The notes: a model not told the origin generated them from the letters alone. Positions 1 through 12,666 are shown, numbered from the whole stretch's first letter. The stretch is DNA of 61,525 nucleotides, filler included, from Sphacelaria rigidula (GCA_964200075.2; 8 parts of 8 records of this genome joined end to end with filler, not necessarily neighbours in it); one strand, 5' to 3'. A program made the numbers and translations.

Positions 1-253
1 AGTGGAGAGCGACTGTGTCGTGGGTACACAAAATCGAATTAACGGTCGACGAGGGAAAGGGACTGCTGAACCCCTCTCGCGATGAAAGATGAAAGGCAAG
101 CAACGCAGGAGGAAGGTGGGGTAGTAAAAACAAATAAAGAGAAAAAGCTCCTGTGTTGACCTTCCTCCTGTGTGACCCCGACTGGTGCGCCCACATCAGT
201 AGACTTTACCACTTGGTGGTTGACGGCGTCCAGAATAAAGGGGACGACAACAC

Positions 254-291
<38 letters not shown>
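1..291 (+). mobile_element. SINE family C copy (head cut off by contig start), ends in (AC)n tail
   Basis: Colinear with the fuller copy at 56565-56918 (AGTGGAGAGCGACTGTG..., GAGGGAAAGGGACTGCTGAACC, TGTGTGACCCCGACTGGTGCGCCCA). (AC)n at ~250-291. Confidence 0.75.
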
Positions 292-295
<4 letters not shown>

Positions 296-3200
296 CCCCG
301 AAAAACAACATCTCAGTACTTCCAGCAGTTGCAATACACAAACAGCTTCAAGGTCCACTGGCTGCGAGTGTGATGCCTCGCGCGACGGGTATTACAGTGT
401 TTGTGAGCAGTATTACAGCAGAGACGTAACATGGCGGAGGTGTCGAACCATCTTCGTAAGGTCAAGCTGGCCTGGATGAAGGAGTTTGGGTCAAGGAAAA
501 CAAAACAAATTTGCTTGGTAGACTTCATAAAGCGTTGCAGAAGCTGCCGATGAGCGCATGTCATCTGTCTATTGCTGGGTAGGACGAGTGTAGGCACTTG
601 AGTTTCACTGGCGGTGAGAGAATCTCTTGTACAGAGGTGCAGAGTATAGTACAAATTGTGTGGATTTCTGTCTTTTTTCCTCATTTTGTTGTGTGCTTCC
701 GAGATGTGACGTGTGTGTGGCGTGCATGTGTTGGGTTGACCGCTCTGTTCAGGTGAAGTGGGGATAACTTCGATAACGCGAAATATATTGACTTCTTCAC
801 AACAAGGGGGGATCGTGCTTGATGTGGGTCCCGTAGCGCACAAAAATATTGTGTACACGATATGAAAAGCTCTTCCGACACTTCGATTTGGCACCACGGC
901 ACAAGCGGCCCTTTATAGACTGTCACTAACCCATATATTCGGTTCAAGAGAAAACCTCTCTCGAACCAATTTGGTAAAAGGTTGGGTTTAAGAGAGATTT
1001 TCTTGATCTGCCACACCCCTCTTTTAAACCGTGACCCCCATTGTAGTAGCGTAAAAATGTGATGGAATGACCGCTGAGCACGGTGTGGGTACAATGACCG
1101 CTGAGCACGGTTGGCCGAGCACCTATGTACGGATTTCTTCCATGTGATGTGACTCGCATGTCTTCTACACGGACAGACGCATGACGTGATCCTGAGTGTA
1201 CCGCACAGCTCACGGCCATGCTCACTGTACTGCACTATATAGGATAATTATGCAATGCAAGTGTACCTCCACAACAACGTTTTCCATCATCCGATTGGTT
1301 GATTGATCGATATATTCATTCATTGTCGCGCATTAAGTGAACCTTGAGGGAATCAGTCGTGGTCACAAGGTTGCCGTATCAAGGTGAATAAAACGAGAAC
1401 ACGCGCTGAAAGAGGTGTACCGTCTAAAGAATCATACTCCATTTTTTAGCGCGCAACAACAACGTACAACTTGTGGGTCCAATTTTTCTGTGAGGGCAAG
1501 GTGAAGGGTTGCCAACGACAGGCTGATGTGGAATTTTTTATCTCCCACCTGCATGTGTCGTCAGCGTTGGCGGTACGTTTCGTGTGGAGAAAGGATGAGG
1601 GAAGTATGACCGAAAGAGTACTTTTATTTTATCGACCAGGGGGCGGCTTATGGTCCAATTTCGACACCACGCCCGAAAAAATCTGAAAGCCCAATTTTGC
1701 AAACAATCCTAGTTCCACAATTTTGCTTATTTATTAGAGGGGACGCAGGTAGATCTTTCGCACTACCTTGAAAACAGAGCAGACGTTTGTCACAAAAACG
1801 TCCAACGTCACGATAGCTCAGTCTCCCGGTGCACTACCTGTAGCTCGTAGTGTATCACCTCTCTTGGGTGTTGTTAATAGAGTGGAGTGTGGACAGGACT
1901 ACTCTGTAGTGCGGGGTGGGCTAGTGGATGGTAGTGATCACGGTAATTTACTCGTACTGAATGCTGAGGTTGAGAGTCTAGCCCTCCTCCTTCCCTTCCC
2001 AGCAGCATCGCCACATGCGACGACTCGTCACACGGTGTGCCTAAGGATGAGGTAACACGATGGAGATTTTAAGCGGCTGAGATACATCGCGACAGTATAA
2101 CGAAGCGGCGGTGACACCAACAGGTACTAACAGGTGCCGTCGGCGCAGTGGGTCTTGCGGTGAGACGTAGTCCTACTGCTCCTGTTCCTCCGTAGACCGT
2201 ACGAATCCCCTCTACATTATTTCCGTTGCTTTTTGCGAGTTTTTGCTCTAGAGCGCGTTGAAGGACCATTCCTAGCGGCGGTGGAAATGCAGAGGTTAGC
2301 TTGCAATTCCCACGCAATCCAGACGTTGCAACTTCTCGTGGTATGCTTTGATATTTGGAGTTATGCTATGGTAGGGGTTGCACATTTGGGCCCAGATCCT
2401 TCTCATCCATGGGCTCGTAAAGTTAGGGAGCTATACATGAGTATGGGCCAGGACATTCCCGTTTTCACACCCATCTGGGACACCCCTAGCCCATTGGAAT
2501 GCTAATCGTGGCGTGCTCTCATATATTTTTTGAGCAGTTGGTTGGATGCGACAAAGGGCTCCTAGCAAGTAGAACCTCAGAAAATATGTGTGCACCCCTA
2601 CCGTGGCACCACTCCTCATTTTGTTGCGTCGTGAAAATGTTGGTTGCTGAGGCCCCATCGTTGTACTTGCTTTCGAATAGAAGGGGCTATGCAAAATAGC
2701 ATGGTGAAGTATATGCAAGTCTGCACAATTTTCGCCCAACAAGACTCACATGCTCGACCCCGTGATTATGCGTTCCCCGCACTGTATGGATAGGCCGAGG
2801 TAGTGAACAACGGCATTTAGTTGTGGCGGCAAGAGGTCTCAGGGGTCGATGTACCCGATCCAGACTGATTTTTCCGACACTTGTGTACCTCCTTCCGGGA
2901 CCTTTTTCAGATGAGAGACACCCGTTCTTCATTCACGCGATCCATGTAGCTGCTTTCGCTGCTCTGCACGACGGGAGGATTTTCGCTGCCCTTAATGCAC
3001 GCAACCCGAACCGGGGTGACCTGACCTGCTGGCCAAAATTCGCACGAATACCTGACCCCAGACCCCAAGTAACCAGTAGTCCCGACGATGATCAGGCCAC
3101 TGTATCTACGTTGGCACAACACCCGGCCTGCGTGTGCCGGCAGGCAAGAATATTGCATGTTTGGTCAGTGGCCGAGTGTAAGGTATATATTCGACCCTGG

Positions 3201-3485
3201 TCCCTTCGAGACTGAAGTACAGACGCGAGTTTTTCACAAACTGTGCAGCTCACACAGAGACACAAACACTTTGAATGCAAATTTCGTCACTTCAGCGCTT
3301 CTAGAAGTGCCGCACAGTCAACTGTATCACGGTCCATCCACATCAGACTTCTATTGCCAAAACCTGGCTCTAAATCGGGCTTGACCGGTTGGTACGGCCG
3401 TTGAACAAGTGAGTAGTGGTTCTTTGTTGACCCCCGTCCCGTTCCCGTCCGCTCTCGCCTCCGGACTCTTGTTTTTGTGTTTCAG

Positions 3486-6400
3486 GATCCCTCAGTGTCG
3501 GCTGCCAAGGCTTCGGGAGCGGGCGCGCGCTATGATGATGGCGCCCCATCTTGGCTGAGCGGTCAGGGGGGGGCGGGGCAGCTGCCGTCGAACCAACCGC
3601 CGCCGCCGCCGCCGCCTCAGGGAGCACGGTCGGCGGGGCCACCACCCATCCCAGGACAGGATGCGCCCCAAGTTTCGGCAGCAGAGCTCCAGCGTCAAGC
3701 GTGAGTGTCGATGGTGTGGTGGTGGGGCGTGTTTGGTTTTGCTGTGTATGTCCCGGTATTCATTCGTGCTGGCATGGGTTGTTATTCTCACGGTGGTCTG
3801 CGTATGTGGGCTCTCGATTTCTCCTCGTGCCACATGTTGGATTTTTTTACTGTGCTGCTGGTTGCTGATTCATATTGGTTCCGGTTTGTGCTCATATGAT
3901 GACGATGATGATGATGTGTTCCACGAGAAGGCATGGCGTATGTGTCATTTTCCATGATGGCATATGGTTTTATTAGACCGCACGCATTGTACTGGTTCCC
4001 AGCCGCTCCTGCTGCTTTTGCCCGTATTTTGAAGGAAATCAACAGATCGCCCGAATGAAGGGCATCGAACCGTTGAGCCTACTTGCTGTAGTTGCCGTCC
4101 ACGTGTTGTAATCATGTAAGAGTACTCGAAGTGTTTTTGGTGTGATTTTCTGTTGTTTGACACGTTTTGATGGTGCATTTCTGAGGGGAACTACGAATTA
4201 ACTTTCTTCCCTCTTTTTAATTGGAAGGGGGGGAGGGTATCACTCGAAGGCTTTATCACCATCCCTGCTGTCCCATAATCACAGAACCCCGGGGGGGGGG
4301 GAATTGCCCTTTGCCCGGTCTCCAGCCTGGGGTTCGAAATATGTTATGATTTTGTTGCTTCGTGCTGTGCGTTCGTTACTATGCGCCTGGATTACACAAA
4401 CACAGGAATGTTCCACAGATGATGGTATGGATGCGAGTGGCGAACATGATTCTGTGCGTGTTCCTGTCGGCCACGGCGATTCTGACACTCGTCAGCATCG
4501 AAGACATCTCGTCGGCGGTGCTGGCCTGCTACCTCTTGTGAGCGAAAGAGTGCTGAATGTTTCACACCCTAGACGACATATTGCACTGTAAAAAAGTGTA
4601 CTGCGTACAGTATGGAATCTGTTGTCCGTTGCATGTAGACCAAATAATCGACACTGTACGCAGTACACTTTTTGGTTACATTTTCGTCTGTTGTCCAGAG
4701 TATGGAGTGGTAAGGGTGCGGCGTGACGTCGCATGGCTTTTTCTGTTGGAACCTTTTCCCTCGGTGGAGCAAGTCGCGCTCGTTTTTGTGCCACGTCACA
4801 GCCTTAGATGACGGTTGGTTGCAGAAGACGCATGGTGCACTGCTGCAGGCAAGGCCGTTGCTCGCTTAAGATACTGTCCGTACACCGAAGATGAGTTAAT
4901 ATAGCAACCGGTATATGCACAAAATCATACACTTTGCGTAGGCGCACATGATACTTCCACCTGACACACCTAATGCGTGCATATTTGTATGAACTCTCGG
5001 GATTTTGCCAATGTTGCAACCCACATAACATTTGTTGTTCGGTTTGAGACTTGAAATTTTGACTCGTGTTTTGCGAGGAACTGGTCCGGTCCACACGGGA
5101 GCCTTCCAAATTCCCCCTACATTGTTTTTTTCCTCCCTTTCTTTTTCGCCGACTTCCCTCTTATATTATTCCTGGAGATTTCTGTGGTTAGTGGTGAGGG
5201 TTGCGTTTTTTTTCTCTCCCGGGTGCGATGGGCACGCTCTTTTTGGTAAATGAGGCAACGAAGCCGTGTCGAGTGTACCGTAAGGGTGGTTATGCTTGAT
5301 GTAATTGTTATTCTTTGCTTCCAACGCCTCGAGCGTTTGCTTCCCCATCTCCCCTCCCCTGTACTGCGTGTGCGCCGTCTCGAAAGGGATGCGTGGTCGA
5401 TGATCGAATGACTGCGGCAAGCAACAAATGAGTACCCTTCCCCCTTCCCCCTTCGCCCTTCCCCCTGCATGCTCCGTCTCGCAAGAAATCGTGGTCGATG
5501 GTCTCAAATGACTTAGGCAAGTAACAAATGAGCCCCCCCCCCCCCCCCCCCTGCCGTCTCCCCTGTACGTTGTTATCTGCTGTAACAATGGAAACAGCGC
5601 ATTCTCGTGCATCCTTTGCTGCTTCGAAACGCACCTGAAGGTCGTGGCGAAGACCATTGCGGCCAACTTTGGCTTTCTCTACAATGCGAAGGGTCGAGCT
5701 GTGTTCCTCATTTTGTAAGTAAGGAGAAGCCTTGCGTCCATCCGGGTAGTCGCTTGCTTGTAACACTCTCTTTTTTTTTTACTGATGCTCACTGCAAGGT
5801 TATGTTTTTCAATATATTTGTATATCCTTCTCCTCGTTGGAGCACGATGCTCGGGTGGGCGTGGCCATCGCCGCTGTGACCACTCTGCGTGACGCCGTCT
5901 CGCGACTAAGCGACAGAGCTTTCCCTCCGTGCTTTAAGATATATGCACGGTTAGGACAACTAATCATGTTTTATAGTGGCCTTAATCCTTTGACTTCCAG
6001 GATGGGTAGCCTGTGCTACAGTGATGCTTGAAGTAAAATTGTTACCGATTTAACGAATGGACCTACCCTGACGGTCAAAGGGTTAGCCTTGTCCCATGCG
6101 TTGGGTGATGATGTATTTTTAAATCTTCGGCGTTTTTTTCCTGTTTTTTTTTTTTCCCTCGCACTACTCAATGGAGAGCAACTATGTCATGACGAGATCA
6201 CAGTGTTCGACTTGACGGTCACTAAGGGAAGGGGACTGCTGAACCCCTTCACCCTTCTCGCGATAAAAAGAAGGGCGAGCACTGCAAAAGGAAGGTGGAG
6301 TGTTGAAAACAAATGAAGAGTAAAAACTCAACCCTCCCGTGTGAACCCGGCTGATGTGCCCACATATGCCGGAAGGTGTAGACTCGTGTCTTGAATACAT

Positions 6401-6830
6401 ATATGGCAATAGACGCACACATGTACACACACACACACACACACACTCAGAGCAAGCAGCGGGAGTAGATGCTCGTGCTTGGTGATTGATAGCCAGCCTG
6501 ATCCTGCGAAAACCCGGCGTGCTCCGTCCCGGCTTTGTAGGGATGCGAAGTCATTTGTCTTATGACTACGGCGTGCACGATTTTAAGCGCACACACACAC
6601 ACTCGCTCGCACATCCGTCGCAATCGGTCACACCATATGATGAATTGCTCCTTCCCTTCCGTTCTTGTCTGCTGCACTCGGTTCCCTGTCTTATCCGCCG
6701 ATGCAAAATTAAATTAAATTAAAAAAACAGCGTGGCTGTGATGTGCTTCAGCTTAAAGAACGTTCTGGCGTTGGTTGCCGGTATACTTATGATGGTCAAC
6801 GCGGTCTTCAACTTCTGGGTAATATTCAGG
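3486..6830 (+). CDS. Partial gene: COPI-associated / Golgi membrane protein TVP15-like (4 exons seen; start and 3' exon missing)
   Basis: Exons 3486-3700, 4406-4537, 5598-5714 and 6731-6830, all AG/GT bounded with matching phases. Spliced: ...AELQRQANVPQMMVWMRVANMILCVFLSATAILTLVSIEDISSAVLACYLFAFSCILCCFETHLKVVAKTIAANFGFLYNAKGRAVFLIFVAVMCFSLKNVLALVAGILMMVNAVFNFWVIFR. FE...FGFLY..KGRA.FLIF plus four hydrophobic segments fits the COPI_assoc/TVP15 family. Confidence 0.85.
5370..5551 (+). mobile_element. Two tandem 3'-end fragments of repeat family B, each followed by a C-rich tract
   Basis: CCGTCTCGAAAGGGATGCGTGGTCGATG...CAAATGAGTACCC occurs twice (second copy diverged), inside a TVP15 intron. 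Confidence 0.75.
6200..6446 (+). mobile_element. SINE family C, 5'-truncated copy with (AC)n tail
   Basis: Shares GGGACTGCTGAACCCC...AAGGTGTAGAC with the other copies and ends in an ACACAC tract. Confidence 0.7.
6475..6602 (+). mobile_element. Repeat family A, 3' fragment
   Basis: GCGAAAACCCGGCGTGCTCCGTCCCGGCTTTGTAGGGATGCGA matches copies at 22890-22975 and 49560-49657. Confidence 0.7.
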
Positions 6831-7335
6831 GTGAGATTTTTACGCCTCATCGTCGTTATCTTATTTTGCTGCTGTGCTCAGTTCATGGGCCATGATGTAT
6901 TTCTTGTAACCAGTTTTCTTTTGCGCGTGTCGGATGTGTTGGTTTCGTACGGCGTTTCGCTCTCTCGGCAGGAGGTCTCGATATTCTGTTGTCTCCTTTT
7001 TTTTTTGTTACCGCATTTTGCGTATTGATCTTGTAAGAGGAAAGGGTAGGGCGCTCGGTGAACATGGTCATATCACTTTTTTTATTATTTTTGTGTGCAG
7101 TGTATCATTCGGCAAATGTTTGTCGGGCGCTCGATGACATGTTGATGTCTGACGCCGCCTCCTGGGACCCCGAATATCTGGCGAATAAAGAAAAATCGGA
7201 AGACCCCATTCATACAATATTTCTAAATATATTAGAGCACCCCGTGTGCAAAATTTCAGGGTCTAACTCGAAAAAACGGCGTAAACAATCGCTGAGGAGT
7301 ATATTCCGGTCATTTACCCTCAACCAGCCTGTGTA

Positions 7336-7530
7336 CTAGGAGAGAGATGGTGGCCACAGACGGCGAAATAGGAAGGGGAGAAGATGTGTGAGAGGTTTTT
7401 GTGTGGTGAATGGAATGAACGTAATTTGCGCCCAAACGTTGGAGGTGTTTCTATTAGGAGTAGGAAAAGTGCTCCGTCTCGAAAGGGATTTGTGGTGAAT
7501 GGTCAAACAACTAAGGCAAGCAACGAATAG

Positions 7531-7586
<56 letters not shown>
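7336..7586 (+). mobile_element. Repeat family B (~200 nt, LINE-3'-end-like) with long poly(C) tail
   Basis: 7336-7530 reads in one frame LGERWWPQTAK*EGEKMCERFLCGEWNERNLRPNVGGVSIRSRKSAPSRKGFVVNGQTTKASNE*, followed by ~50 C. Homologous to 8290-8498. Confidence 0.75.
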
Positions 7587-7587
<1 letters not shown>

Positions 7588-7604
7588 CCCACACCAACCA
7601 AGCA

Positions 7605-7704
7605 NNNNNNNNNNNNNNNNNNNNNNNNNNNNNNNNNNNNNNNNNNNNTTAATTAATTAANNNNNNNNNNNNNNNNNNNNNNNNNNNNNNNNNNNNNNNN
7701 NNNN
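7605..7704. other. Artificial 100-nt contig spacer (N44-TTAATTAATTAA-N44)
   Basis: Same spacer at 15308-15407, 23011-23110, 30714-30813, 38417-38516, 46120-46219 and 53823-53922. The core gives stops in all six frames. Confidence 0.97.
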
Positions 7705-8281
7705 CATTCATCACGTGTCAACTTATCATACTAAAACCAAGTAATTCCTGACGAATCATTATTTGTCCTAACCGTGGAATTTTCAAAAGACGAAAACATC
7801 AAATCTTGCTCAAAGCCCCCCCAAAAGAGGTCGCCTCACCAGTGAAAAGTGGCGACACGATGAGCTATGTTCTATTACAGGAATAGTGCTGAATTGCCTA
7901 CTGGCGGAAAATATGGGTTTCATTTCTCGGAAGAGAGGTGGTGCTTGTAGGGTTGAAATCGCTGCGGGTGCCATGATCGCTTCTTCTGCATGTTTGCTGG
8001 CCGCGCGCTCTGATTAGGCAAGGTACAATGGTGACCTTGACAAGGCGCTAGGGTTGTCTTCGAAGCGTACAGTTAAAAAAGGATCAAATTTGGCGTACTA
8101 CTGCACGGACGGTAGGTACACCGGGGATAGGGCTAGAGTGGCTTGTTTTTCTGTTCTTCTGGTGCAGTATAAATATGCAGAGTTTTCGTTTCAGAGAAAA
8201 ATTGAAAGGAGCATAGCTCAATGCAATATGTTATACATACACACGATGGTTTCTCGGACAAATTTCCCCGTGACTTGATGA

Positions 8282-8498
8282 CCCCCCCCGATGGTGGCCA
8301 CAGACGGTGAAACAGGACGGGGATAAGACATGTTGAAGGTTTTTGTGTAATGTATGGAAGAAACGTGGTGAGCGCCGGAATGTTGAAGGTGGTTCTAGTA
8401 GGAGTAGGAACGGTGCTCCGTCTCGAAAGGGATGCGCGCGGTCAATGGTCAAACGACTAAGGCAAGCGACAAATGAGTACGCCCCCCCCCCCCCCCCC
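8282..8498 (+). mobile_element. Repeat family B copy flanked by C-runs on both sides
   Basis: C-run, GATGGTGGCCACAGACGG...GTGCTCCGTCTCGAAAGGGATGC...AAATGAGTACG, C-run. Followed by a family A tail remnant (GATCATGAGTACACCC). Confidence 0.8.
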
Positions 8499-8681
8499 GA
8501 TCATGAGTACACCCACGAGACTGTGATCTGGATATTGACCCTGCTTCATTTCACTACTCTAGTGCTGTACCTACTGTAGCTCGTGTCCTGTAATAATAGG
8601 GTAGGAACCTCCTCTTGTGCATGACTATTTTAGCCTAATATTTGGTTTTTGGATACGTCTATCAAGGCACCGGTGCAGCAC

Positions 8682-11600
8682 ATGTCCCTGATTGATGTGC
8701 CTGAAGAAGTACGAGTGAAAGTAGTGTCTGTCGCGCTCTGTCATGCGCTGGTGAGTATACGATTGCAGGGTTGCCCTTCACCCAACTACCCGCAGGTGTA
8801 CCTTTTCGAGACAAGAGCTCGTCGAAAACGTGGTACGTTCGTATGCGTTGCTCGTAATCCGCACGTATTACATGTCCAGGTGATGGAGCAAGTGAGGGCC
8901 CAACAAGAGGATGCACGCATTTTATTGGCCGGCAAGCTGTTGAAGCGAGTCGATGATTACTTGCTGGGCACTACGGAATATGGTAGGAAGGAGAGAAAGA
9001 TCGCCGTCGCAATGTTAGAGGGGGAGCTCAAGGACTCGTTCGATGAGCTCAGGAAGAGAGCTGCTGAGTGCACTTCTACGTTGACCGATTGGCATTCGGT
9101 ATGTGCCGTCGGCGCTCTCGGCCGCATTGAACATATTTAGTGGAGCCTACACCCGCGCTCGGGTTGGCATGTGTACCCGGAAGATGATGTTCATGTAACA
9201 GAGATGATAATTCATCATCACGGGTGGAAGCTAGCTTACCATGTTGGTTCCCGTCGTGTCATACCGTACTGTCCATTTACTGTCCATTTTGTTCGTTTCT
9301 TAGCTGTTCTTAGTGGTCAACACAGACGCACCTTGCAACGGTTCTACGGAATGATTGAGCTCTTCAAGATGGGGGACACAAGAGTCCAGTGCTAGGCGTA
9401 CTGTATGCAAAATACACCCGGGAGGAAAAAATCGTGCTTCTGGACAGCGCGCCTCATTCATGCCCGTCGACTTCAACTTTCCCGCGATTCTCACTTCTTC
9501 ATGCCGTGCCAATGCTCACTTGTCGTCGAAATGCTCACTTGTCTTCGAAGTGCCCACCTATCTCGATTCTGCTTGACAAATGTGCTGCCGTTCATCTCAG
9601 TCGGACTGGACTGTGGCACAGACGTTCATGGGGATCACCACGTCATACAAGCATGAACACGATGGTTCCATCTGGGTGAAGCTAAACGGTACAATGGAAG
9701 GCGTGCAAGTGATCGACCAGCTCGCAACCGTTCGCGAGGTGGATTTATATCGATACTGGATCCCCTTCTGCGACAAGTCCAGCTTACTGAAGAGGATAGG
9801 AATCGTCGAAGTGCTGGCGTACTTCAACACCGCTGTGCCAGGTGTTCATCGGTGGGTTGATTTCAGGAACATACCTGATATGTAGAAACGCCGACTGTCG
9901 AACGACTCAATCCACGCAGCGCGTCATGTCAGAGAACTAAAAGCATATATCTCACGGCACGCTGGTCGAGACTCTTGCGGAGCTCGGTTTTCCTCTCGTA
10001 CCGGATATTTCACGAGTGACCTTCACAACAGCGTCTATTTTTTCTCTTTTGTTAATCTTCCAGTAATCTCTGTAGTTTCAGTCCCAGTTGTTCCGTGCTC
10101 ACATTTGGCTCTCGAAGCGCCGATCAGTGTTCAAAGTTCCCCTCCAGAGGGGTTCCAGCGAAGGTGGCCAAGAATGTATTTCTGGGGAGTTGTCACTCCA
10201 GGTGTGAGATTTGGGGCCTGAGTCCTTGGTGAACGCAAATCGACCACTCGTTGGCTTCTCGTCCCCGCAGCTTCTCTCTCTCTTTCTCTTCTTATTTTTC
10301 GGCTATGAGATTGATTTGATTGATTTTCAGGAGTGAAGACCCGCTTTCATCTTCCGATAACGAAGGCCCTCGAACGATCAATGCACTCCTCTCCTCAAAC
10401 GACAGGTCCTCGCTTCCCGTTTGGAGTGACCGCTCCACAATATGCACATTTCCATTAGCTCGCAAATCCAACACGTTGTTGTGAATATTTCTCCAAATAT
10501 TCGTTTTGGCCGAACATTTCGTATAGCGGCGAGAGGCCGGTTTCCAAACGGGTATCTTTGCTCTCGCCTAGGTGTTAACGAGGCGCATATCGAATTATGG
10601 GGATAAATTTAGCAAGAAGTCTGTTTTGTGGTTTTTGTGTCGAACTACCCTCTATTACAGCTGCCATCAGTAGATCACATTTGACATGTGGGCCCGGTGT
10701 GAGAATATGAACGTAGCCGAATGAGCGAACAGAGCCCGGGATGTACTCTCGTACAGTTTCAGCAAACCTACCTTTCATGCCACGATCTGCTGCTGTACGT
10801 TCTGTTTGACACGAAAGTACTGCTTGTTCTCTTCCGCTGGAAACCGCCTGTATTTATTGTTCACGATCCGAGAAACTACCGTGACCTTTTGTAGAGAAGG
10901 TAGAGTATATTCCAGTCAAGACCCTGACATCACGAAGTTGGCAACTCAATCGCGGAGTATACGGCGCGGTGGATCGTTCGGAGTACAAAAAAAAGGCAAC
11001 GTTGAACAACCTTCACGGTTGTCCCCCCTCGGACCAAGTTCGTCGAAAACGAAATATCATGCTTTTCATCCAAAAAAACCACGGCATTTTAGATGTAAAA
11101 GTTATAGGTGTAAAATGTACCTGTTTTGGTCGAGAAAGCTTCCGAACTCTCGATTTCCGATATGGCCTGACCAAACGTGAGCGGAATAGCAAGGATTTGT
11201 AAAATCATTGCTCTCGAGCGAGCATGTAATGCCAGACTTTTCGGAGCCAACACGTGGAGTTCTTTCAAGTACCGTGTTCAAATGACCCCCAGCCCCGTCA
11301 TGAGTTTCAGTTCTGGTCACAAAATTGCTCGTGACCGCGTTCGTGCCATCGTCATTGTTGCGCAGGGACTGTGTTTTGCACGCATACGGCTGTGACGCGG
11401 TGCTGGAAGAGAGATGCATCCTCATCCAGGGAAAGTCTGTGGACAAATGGGACGGCGTAGAATTTCCGAAGAGTGGAGGCTGGCGTCACGGCCGACTGGA
11501 CGTGCGTGCGTTCAGGGCGAAGATTGAAGTGTTGTCTCCAACCTCGGCATCGACGTCTATTGTTGCGAACATAGATCCCAAAACGCCTTTGCCCAAAGCT

Positions 11601-12666
11601 CTGGTCAACTTCACGGTGAGTGACCGACCGCCCTCCCGAGTGCTGCATATCCTCGCGCGAGTAGAAACCACACCAGGCGCTGCCAGTATCGAAAATTCCT
11701 CAGAAGCCGTGTGCTCGAGCGAGTGAATCGGATAAGATTCCCACTGAATCAGTATACCAACGTGAGTTAACTTGTCGATACAGTATTCTAGACCATCCGC
11801 ACGCTCGGTATTCATGTCACGTCGTGAACGTTTTGACCTCGGGAGCGTTAATGCTCGACGTTCCCGATGCGCTACTTTCCCCTCTTTTCACATACTACTC
11901 ACCCTGCCACAAATGCCCTGCCGCCGCAGTTGCGGAAGGTGGCTGGTATGCTCCTGTATTGTCTACAACAAACAGCACGACGCATCTCTACCGATCAAGA
12001 CAGCCGACATCGTAGACGGATTTTGGAGGATGACGAATTTTACGCACGGTGGTTGTACCCGCGCATCGAGCGTTTTTATCGTAAGATGGGATGGGCAATT
12101 GACGACGATCTGGTGAGAGAGGGGCACTCGGCCCGTCAAGAGGATCATCCAATAGATCTACAGGGCTCGAAGACAGCGGTGGCCTCTGGCGCGTGTTGCA
12201 CACCACAAAGTCGACGGGGGAACGGCATCAAAGTTGCCTTTGGGCGCCTGTTGAAGCGAAAACGTGTCACAAGAAAGCCGACTGAAACTGCCCAACCGCA
12301 GGTAGGGGGGGTAATGCAAATTTTGTGAGGTTGGTATGTTGCTGTCCTTGAACGCAGCGGTCAACAAACCATTGCCACGCCGCTAAATATGTGAATCTTA
12401 TTTGCGAAATACCTCCCTAGGTGGGGCTCGATATTGAGCCACGACTGGTGGAGAAGTGGCAGACGAAAAGGGACAACAACCAGAGCAGTGACCCGAAGCC
12501 GGCATCATCATCTCTGCGCTTGGTCATCTACATCTTGTTCGCCGCTTGCACCGTACTTGCCACTCAGCTGTGCCAGGCGCTTGGAAGGCGTGCGTATCAA
12601 TCCCGACGGTGGCTGTGCGCACTCCTTTTTTCGTTCTTTGTTTACGTCTCGATGGCACACGCTTGA
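8682..12666 (+). CDS. START/SRPBCC-like lipid-binding domain protein with C-terminal hydrophobic segments (6 exons, apparently complete)
   Basis: Exons 8682-8708 (least certain), 8880-9098, 9601-9851, 11366-11615, 11930-12301 and 12421-12666 with consistent phases. Motifs VREVDLYRYWIPFC, PGVHRDCVLHAYG and IVANIDPKTPLPKALVNFTLRKVAG are START-like. Confidence 0.85.

Noticed and set aside
7140..7330. DAASWDPEYLANKEK as the missing last TVP15 exon
   Set aside because: No suitable phase-0 acceptor, and the region looks like repeat sequence abutting a family B copy.
7649..7660. TTAATTAATTAA recurring every 7,703 nt as a periodic biological signal
   Set aside because: It is embedded in N-runs and is a standard six-frame-stop linker.
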